From the NCBI RefSeq assembly GCF_000012925.1, contig NC_007517.1, positions 540,001 to 572,000 of the forward strand: DNA of 32,000 nt. Direction: 5' to 3'. The stretch is from Geobacter metallireducens GS-15 (GTDB lineage Bacteria; Desulfobacterota; Desulfuromonadia; Geobacterales; Geobacteraceae). The notes beneath the pieces were generated by a model. It did not search any database and had not been told where the DNA came from. It saw nothing but the letters and a program-made list of their open reading frames with translations. The translations under genes were made by a program, and so were the position numbers. Below are positions 27,025 to 32,000 of this stretch, piece by piece; positions within the stretch are counted from its first letter, which is position 1; the number at the start of each line of letters is the position of its first letter.

Positions 27025-27676
27025 AGCCTGCTCCGCGGACGGTACTTATCAGCTTTCGCTCGAAGGGGTCGTCGACCTTGCGCCGCAGGCGGCGGATTGC
27101 CACGTCGACGATATTGGTGTCGCTGTCGAAGTTTATGCCCCAGACCTGGTCGGCGATGAGGGCTCGGGAGAGGACCTCCCCCTTGCGGCGGAGCAGGAGC
27201 GACAGGAGGAGAAACTCCTTGGTGGTGAGGTCGAGGGGGGTCCCTCCCCGCCAGGCCTTGTGGCCCACCAGGTCCATTTCCAGATCGTCGACCCGCAGGC
27301 GTTCCGGCTGCCGTGCCGGTCCCCGGCGGAGGATGTTGCGGGCCCGGGCCAGCAGTTCCGAAAAGGCGAAGGGTTTCACCAGGTAGTCGTCGGCCCCCAG
27401 CTCCAGCCCTCGCACCCGGTCCTGGACCGCGTCCCGGGCCGACAGGTAGATGACCGGCACCTCGCTCCCCCCGCGCCGCAGCTCTTCCAGCACCGACCAG
27501 CCATCCCGGCCGGGGAGCATGATGTCGAGGATGACGAGGTCGTAGGCCTCGGTACGGGCCAGGTGGAGACCATCCTCGCCGTTTTGGGCCGTGTCCGCCG
27601 AAAAGCCGTTCTCAGTGAATCCTTTCTGAAGATACGCGGCGGCCTTTTTCTCGTCTTCTATGATCAGGATGCGCAT
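27005..27676 (-). CDS. OmpR-family heavy-metal-type (CusR/CopR-like) response regulator
   Basis: Start at ATG 27676 ([11 protein letters not shown]). [36 protein letters not shown], and a winged-helix C-terminus ending in RGAGY. 223 aa. The track's 329-aa version is an unsupported extension. Confidence 0.9.
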   Translation of the reverse strand: MRILIIEDEKKAAAYLQKGFTENGFSADTAQNGEDGLHLARTEAYDLVILDIMLPGRDGWSVLEELRRGGSEVPVIYLSARDAVQDRVRGLELGADDYLVKPFAFSELLARARNILRRGPARQPERLRVDDLEMDLVGHKAWRGGTPLDLTTKEFLLLSLLLRRKGEVLSRALIADQVWGINFDSDTNIVDVAIRRLRRKVDDPFERKLISTVRGAGYVLDGA

Positions 27677-27708
27677 GGAAACTCCGGAGCCCAAGGGTAA
27701 CGCTGAGA

Positions 27709-27738
27709 ATTGTAGCGCGGCCCCCCTCGGGACTGCAA
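27709..27738 (-). promoter_or_regulatory. sigma70-like promoter TTGCAG-N18-TACAAT for the two-component operon
   Basis: Minus strand reads TTGCAGtcccgaggggggccgcgcTACAAT (complement of 27738..27709). It ends 32 nt upstream of the response regulator ATG and lies downstream of the MCP terminator. Confidence 0.4.
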
Positions 27739-27761
27739 CCCTTTCCCTTGGGGAGAAAATG

Positions 27762-27784
27762 AAAAAGGCCGCCCGAAGGCGGCC
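27762..27784 (-). terminator. rho-independent terminator of the MCP gene
   Basis: GGCCGCC (27767-27773), loop CGAA, GGCGGCC (27778-27784). A5 at 27762-27766 gives a U-tract on the minus strand. It lies 25 nt past the MCP stop at 27810. Confidence 0.75.
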
Positions 27785-27809
27785 TCCCATAATCGGTAGC
27801 CGGCGATTT

Positions 27810-29444
27810 TCACGATGCCAGGTGGAACTGGCCGATGAGATGCTGAAGCTCGGAGGAGAGATCGGAAAGCTGTCTGGCAGCGGCTGCGGTTTCCTGGGCT
27901 CCCCGGGCCGTACCCTGAACCACATCGGTAATCTGTTGGATGTTGCCGCTGATTTCGGTTGTGGTGGCGGTCTGCTGCTCGGCGGCCGTGGCAATCTGGT
28001 TGACCTGCATAGTGACGGCCTCTACCGTATCGAGGATTTCTACAAGCGCCTTGCCGGACTGCGCCGCTTCGGCAGTGCCGAGCTCAACCTCCTTCACCCC
28101 TTGCTCCATGAATGAGACGGCATCCCTTGTCTCCTGTTGAATGGCTTTTATCATCGCGCCGATTTCCTTGGTCGCCTTGGTGGTCCGCTCTGCCAGTGCC
28201 CGGACCTCGTCGGCCACTACGGCGAAACCGCGGCCCTGCTCGCCGGCTCGGGCGGCCTCGATGGCGGCGTTCAGCGCCAGGAGATTCGTCTGGTCTGCGA
28301 TATCCTCGATGGTGCCGATAATCTCACCAATCTGGTCGCTTCGGGTGCCGAGGTTTTCCACCGTCTTTGCCGTTTCCTTTACCCGTTCGGCAATGTGGTG
28401 CATCTCCCCGACAGTCTGCTTGATCACTTCAGATCCTTTGCCCGCCGTTTCGCTTGCCCGGCGTGCTTCGTCGGCTGCGGCCGAACAACTGGCGGCAATT
28501 TCCGTCGATGTGGCCGCCATCTCCTCGCTGGCTGTGGCCACAGTGCCGGTCTGGGCGGCAACTTCCTCCGCCCCCGTTGCCATTTGCTCGGCATTGGCAG
28601 TTAACTGACCGGCTGCTGCCGCCACCTGTGCCGCGTTATCGGCAACGCCGGTAATGAGGCTGTTGAGACGGTCGGACATGGTGTTGACTGCTTCGGCTAG
28701 CTGACCGGTTTCGTCTTTCTGTTTCATCTCAAGATGGTGGGCTAGATCCCCCTGGGCGATGGCCTGGGCGAATTCGACCACTTTCCGAAGGGGGACGGTG
28801 AACTGGCGCGCCATGAACAGGCCGAAAACGACAGCAGCGACCATGCCGGCAACGGCGAGTATTCCCATCTGTATGGTGGCACTGTGGGCCGTGGCACTAT
28901 TCAGTCCGTTGCGGCGTTCCGCCAGTGCGATTTTCATGTCGAATATCTTTTTTATTGCATCGTCGATCTTGCGCTCATAGGCAAGCCCCTCGCTCCGCAT
29001 GACATCCAGGGCAGTTTCGCGATCGCCGGCAAGGGCTGCCGCGATGATTTCATCGCGCACCGGGCCGTACTCTTTGATGAGGGTGCGGAGCGTGGCGAAC
29101 TGTTTTTTCCCCTCTTCGGTTTCAAGTGTCGCATCCACCTCCGTCAACTGTTTGTCGATATCCTGGTAAAGCTTCGCGATGGCATTGGCGTTGGCCTGGG
29201 CACGCTGGGTACTGTCGTCGAGTATCATTCCGCGCACGTTCACCCGTGCTTTCTGAAAAGCGATGCCCACCTGTCCGAACACCCCGAGGGGTTTAGTGTT
29301 GTAGGTGAACATCTCATCGGCTTCATTCGCCAGCGTATTGACTTTCGAGGTCCCGATGAAGCCGACAATGCCGGCGATGAAGGCAACCAGAACAAAACTC
29401 GATACCAGTTTAACGCTGAGACGGGCATCCTTTAACAGATTCAT
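27810..29444 (-). CDS. methyl-accepting chemotaxis protein (4HB-type periplasmic sensor, HAMP, MA domain)
   Basis: 544 aa. TM1, a helical periplasmic domain of about 160 aa, TM2, HAMP, and the highly conserved signalling hairpin [40 protein letters not shown]. Confidence 0.9.
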   Translation of the reverse strand: MNLLKDARLSVKLVSSFVLVAFIAGIVGFIGTSKVNTLANEADEMFTYNTKPLGVFGQVGIAFQKARVNVRGMILDDSTQRAQANANAIAKLYQDIDKQLTEVDATLETEEGKKQFATLRTLIKEYGPVRDEIIAAALAGDRETALDVMRSEGLAYERKIDDAIKKIFDMKIALAERRNGLNSATAHSATIQMGILAVAGMVAAVVFGLFMARQFTVPLRKVVEFAQAIAQGDLAHHLEMKQKDETGQLAEAVNTMSDRLNSLITGVADNAAQVAAAAGQLTANAEQMATGAEEVAAQTGTVATASEEMAATSTEIAASCSAAADEARRASETAGKGSEVIKQTVGEMHHIAERVKETAKTVENLGTRSDQIGEIIGTIEDIADQTNLLALNAAIEAARAGEQGRGFAVVADEVRALAERTTKATKEIGAMIKAIQQETRDAVSFMEQGVKEVELGTAEAAQSGKALVEILDTVEAVTMQVNQIATAAEQQTATTTEISGNIQQITDVVQGTARGAQETAAAARQLSDLSSELQHLIGQFHLAS

Positions 29445-29528
29445 GACGAACGCTCCTTGCCGTGAAGTTGTTGAGAATGGCGGTCCGCCCGTAAGGCCGG
29501 CCGCGGTACAGAACTCTCTTCATCCTGT

Positions 29529-29556
29529 TTATCGGCAGAAGCAGAAGATGACTTTA
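29529..29556 (-). promoter_or_regulatory. sigma28 (FliA)-type promoter TAAAGTCA-N12-GCCGATAA upstream of the MCP gene
   Basis: Minus strand reads cTAAAGTCAtcttctgcttctGCCGATAAacagg. The -10 is a perfect match to the FliA consensus GCCGATAA, and the -35 matches TAAAGTTT at 6 of 8 positions. The spacer is 12 nt against a consensus of 11. It lies about 85 nt upstream of ATG 29444. Confidence 0.55.
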
Positions 29557-29584
29557 GAATTTTCCTGAAAAAAATTTTATCTAG

Positions 29585-30541
29585 CTAGAGGGATTCGGGA
29601 AACCCTTCAGGCGGGAATGGAGCTTCTGTGTGAAAGATTGATGGGCACGGCATGCCAAAGGCAATGTAAATGGTGTTGATGAACGACAGGAGAAGGGGGG
29701 ATGGGGCCCGCCGACCGAGGATGATGGTTCTGGGGTAGAAATGGTCGAAATCGGCAATCCTGTGGGCCATGAGGGTATGGCGACAGAGTTCGTCTACCAC
29801 TAGACCGATGGGGACAAAGCTGATTCCCTTGCCGGCAAGCACTTCGCGCATGATGAACTGCAAGTCGTCGAAATAGATGATGTTGGCGAACTCGGTGATC
29901 GAATGGCCGGTCAATGCCAGGTTTTTGTCCAGGAAGCGCCTGGCGCAACCCTGCTCGTTCTTCAGGTAGAGGCGCTTGTCGAACAGTTGCTCGATGGATG
30001 GGGCAGGTGAGTCGATCCCGAGGGACGGAGCGCTTAAAAAAATCATCTCGTCGTCGGGGAGCGGGTAGCCTCTGTGGCCGGCCATGTTCAGGTCATCGCA
30101 GTGTTCGATAATGGCCAAGTCGAAGCGCCCGTTTTCGATTCCTTCGAGAGCCTGCTCAGGCATGTTAAAGACGAAATTCAGGTCAGCGGATTCGGCGTTG
30201 TCGGCCATGAACGCGGAAACGATGGAAGGGAGTCGTCCGATGCCGAATGCAGGGGTACAGCAGAGGGAAATGCGCTGCTTCGGCTCATTGACATTGAGTT
30301 TGTCAACGATTTGGCTTTCCAGATCGACGATCTGCTGGGCCTTGGCGAGCACAAACTGACCGGCCTCGGTGGGCCTGACGGCGTTGCCCGAGCGTATCAG
30401 CAGTGGCTTGCCGATGTGATCCTCCAACTGCTTGAGCCGGCGCGAAACCGCGGACTGGGTGACGCAGAGCACTGCGGCGGCCTTGGAAATATTGCCGATG
30501 GCCGCAACCTTGAGCAGTGTCTTGAAGAGCGTTATGTCCAT
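29585..30541 (-). CDS. LysR-family transcriptional regulator
   Basis: 318 aa. N-terminal HTH NISKAAAVLCVTQSAVSRRLKQLE and a C-terminal substrate-binding fold. Divergent from the rhodanese lipoprotein gene. Confidence 0.9.
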   Translation of the reverse strand: MDITLFKTLLKVAAIGNISKAAAVLCVTQSAVSRRLKQLEDHIGKPLLIRSGNAVRPTEAGQFVLAKAQQIVDLESQIVDKLNVNEPKQRISLCCTPAFGIGRLPSIVSAFMADNAESADLNFVFNMPEQALEGIENGRFDLAIIEHCDDLNMAGHRGYPLPDDEMIFLSAPSLGIDSPAPSIEQLFDKRLYLKNEQGCARRFLDKNLALTGHSITEFANIIYFDDLQFIMREVLAGKGISFVPIGLVVDELCRHTLMAHRIADFDHFYPRTIILGRRAPSPLLLSFINTIYIAFGMPCPSIFHTEAPFPPEGFPESL

Positions 30542-30695
30542 TGCCCCCCCCGGTGCTTGTTATGCCTGAAACGCATGGCTGTCATGAAAATTAATCAGAG
30601 AAACTATAGCAGTAAAATTGGGTCGAAACAATAAGTTAGAAAATCATGAATTAAATCAGGCGTTTTTAGTTGTGGCTATTTCCGCATGGTTTTGG

Positions 30696-30711
30696 TGGCA
30701 TTAGGATTGCT
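30696..30711 (+). promoter_or_regulatory. sigma54 (-24/-12) promoter TGGCAT-N5-TTGCT upstream of the rhodanese lipoprotein gene
   Basis: TGGCATtaggaTTGCT has exact GG-N10-GC spacing and matches TGGCAC-N5-TTGCW at all but one position. It ends 90 nt upstream of ATG 30801, in an AT-rich region. Confidence 0.55.
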
Positions 30712-30800
30712 TATGTTAAAGCATCTTATACGAAGATGCATTATTGCTGGCCGGGAATTGGAAGCCCGGTGAACCATCATTACTGAGTGAAGGAGGTAGT

Positions 30801-32000
30801 ATGGCGAAACAGGCATGGAGGAAGGGACGCATCATTCTGAGCGGCATGCTCGGCGTGGTTGCGCTGGCTATGCTGACGTTGTGGGGCTGCGGCGGGGGCG
30901 GGGGGAAAAGCTATGACACGCCCAGTCTGAACGGGCCTGCTCCGGTGGCGACGAAGACCGCTACTCCGCTGGTCGACGCGGTGACGCTCAAGGGATGGCT
31001 CGATGCCGGGCTGGTAAACAAGGCGGCAGGAAGTGAGCGGGTTGTCATCCTCGAGTTTTCAGGTAGCTACGTAGATACTAGCGTTACGCCGAATGTGACC
31101 AAGCTTCGCTACAACGATGGTCACATTCCCGGGGCGATCAGGGTTGATCTGACGGCTGAACTGATGGCAAACCGTGTTGAAGGGCCTGCCGAGTTCGCCC
31201 AGATGGTGGCCAGCGGCGCGCAGATGGACGCGCTCATCAAGCGGTGCGGCATCGACGAGAATACAACCATTGTTTTTACGACCTCTGAAGCGGAGATGAA
31301 CTCCAATACCCTCTGGAATATTACCCGCCCCTATACTACGTTCCGCTACTGGGGCTTCCCAAAAGAGCGTCTGAAGGTGCTTGACGGCGGCAACAAGGCT
31401 TGGGTTGCGGCTGCCTATCCCATGACAACGGTTGCTCCGACCATCACCGCTTCCACGTACAATGTGACTCCCCTCAATACCAACAGGGTCAAGGCAAATC
31501 TACGCGCATCGCTCTCTGAGATGATTGCGGCGGTGAATGCCGGTACTGGCCTGATCATCGATGGCAGGACCGATGGCGTTCCCGGTTCAACGACCGATCT
31601 GGTTGAAAGTTCCAAATATGTGGTCTTCGAAGGGCGGATGACCGGCGGCAGCGGGTACTCACATGTGAACCTTGTTGATGCAACGACTAAAAAATTCAAG
31701 GATCCCGCCGTTGTCGCGGCGGATATGACCACCAAAGGGCTCGATCTTACGAAGAATACCATCTATGCCATGTGCCGTGCAGGCAACATCGCGTCGGCCC
31801 TGTTCTTCTACTTTGACGGTATTCTCTACAACGACGGATCCAAGAACGTCGTCTGGTACGACGGCTCCTGGGGACAGTGGGGCCTCATGTCGGATAACGC
31901 GGCCAAGGGAGGCAAGCTCCCTGTCGGTTCCGCCTGGGCGACCGATTCCCTTACGCTGCCCATCACGTATGATGCCGACCTTGGCCGTACGGTGGTTGAC
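30801..32000 (+). CDS. tandem-rhodanese-domain lipoprotein (3' end outside window); ExtH-like
   Basis: AAGGAGG at 30790-30796 precedes ATG 30801. The frame is open for all 400 codons to the window edge, so it is absent from the ORF track. Lipobox LTLWGC (Cys codon 30888-30890) is followed by a GGGGG linker. The second domain carries the rhodanese active-site loop CRAGNIA (Cys codon 31773-31775). The first domain lacks the catalytic Cys, as in two-domain sulfurtransferases. Confidence 0.8.
   Translation, partial: MAKQAWRKGRIILSGMLGVVALAMLTLWGCGGGGGKSYDTPSLNGPAPVATKTATPLVDAVTLKGWLDAGLVNKAAGSERVVILEFSGSYVDTSVTPNVTKLRYNDGHIPGAIRVDLTAELMANRVEGPAEFAQMVASGAQMDALIKRCGIDENTTIVFTTSEAEMNSNTLWNITRPYTTFRYWGFPKERLKVLDGGNKAWVAAAYPMTTVAPTITASTYNVTPLNTNRVKANLRASLSEMIAAVNAGTGLIIDGRTDGVPGSTTDLVESSKYVVFEGRMTGGSGYSHVNLVDATTKKFKDPAVVAADMTTKGLDLTKNTIYAMCRAGNIASALFFYFDGILYNDGSKNVVWYDGSWGQWGLMSDNAAKGGKLPVGSAWATDSLTLPITYDADLGRTVVD

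Noticed and set aside
27005-27994. N-terminally extended ORF versions in the track. These are the 329-aa response regulator, the 5156 start for the PPase, the 12131 start for modA, the 13690 start for modC, the 9903 start for Dabb, the 11504 start for the small membrane protein and the 25587 TTG start for the transferase.
   Set aside because: In each case the extension runs through a terminator, a promoter or the neighbouring gene and lacks an SD. An internal ATG with a good SD reproduces the canonical family N-terminus.
25562-30739. A possible shared operator between the two palindromes, GAAGATGAC/GTCATCTTC at 25562-25585 and GCATCTT/AAGATGC at 30721-30739. Both contain AAGATG/CATCTT.
   Set aside because: The half-sites are in opposite relative order (convergent versus divergent) with different spacers, so the 6-nt core match is probably coincidental.
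30542-30800. A GEMM-I (c-di-GMP/cGAMP) riboswitch upstream of the ExtH-like gene and upstream of the OmpA-like gene (10885-11078). Such elements are common before Geobacter extracellular-electron-transfer genes.
   Set aside because: I looked for the conserved GGCAAA...GAAA...ACGCAAAGC core on the relevant strands and found nothing resembling it.

Overview
High-GC (about 60-65% by eye) chromosomal segment with Geobacter-like (Desulfuromonadales) gene content. I cannot verify the species without a search. About 38 protein genes are supported.

Gene order along the window:
- nikR 3' end, folK, a membrane-anchored TRASH protein, and a transaldolase/F6P aldolase.
- A tightly packed minus-strand operon: dedA, receiver-only response regulator, PAS histidine kinase, secreted unknown protein, GNAT.
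- A CBS-domain family II pyrophosphatase followed by a fused homocysteine S-methyltransferase/MTHFR (YitJ-like).
- Small envelope/stress genes: lipoprotein, YtxH, Dabb, DUF2007-like, OmpA-like lipoprotein, two-TM peptide.
- mop-modABC.
- An eight-gene minus-strand arsenic operon: arsR, arsC, acr3, arsP-like, cytoplasmic Trx-like, periplasmic Trx, ccdA, CDF-like.
- A binding-protein-less NitT/TauT-type ABC transporter.
- PAP2, an LTA-synthase-family sulfatase and a CusRS-like two-component system.
- An MCP and a LysR regulator.
- The 5' 1200 nt of a tandem-rhodanese lipoprotein, reminiscent of Geobacter ExtH.

No rRNA, tRNA, CRISPR array, IS/transposase, integrase or recognisable phage-defence genes were seen.

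Observations most worth follow-up:
1. The ars operon carries a thiol-redox export module, and a near-identical 18-nt operator occurs twice. One copy lies inside an apparently leaderless arsR promoter.
2. The mop and modA leaders share a conserved block. The modA copy has a self-complementary 20-nt insertion, as expected for an RNA element with an optional stem. A Moco-riboswitch-like element is the hypothesis to test.
3. A near-consensus sigma54 promoter and a palindrome lie between the LysR gene and the rhodanese lipoprotein.
4. A metal-sensor-type two-component system is coupled to lipid/envelope-modifying enzymes.

All functional calls come from motif recognition by eye. No database search was run.
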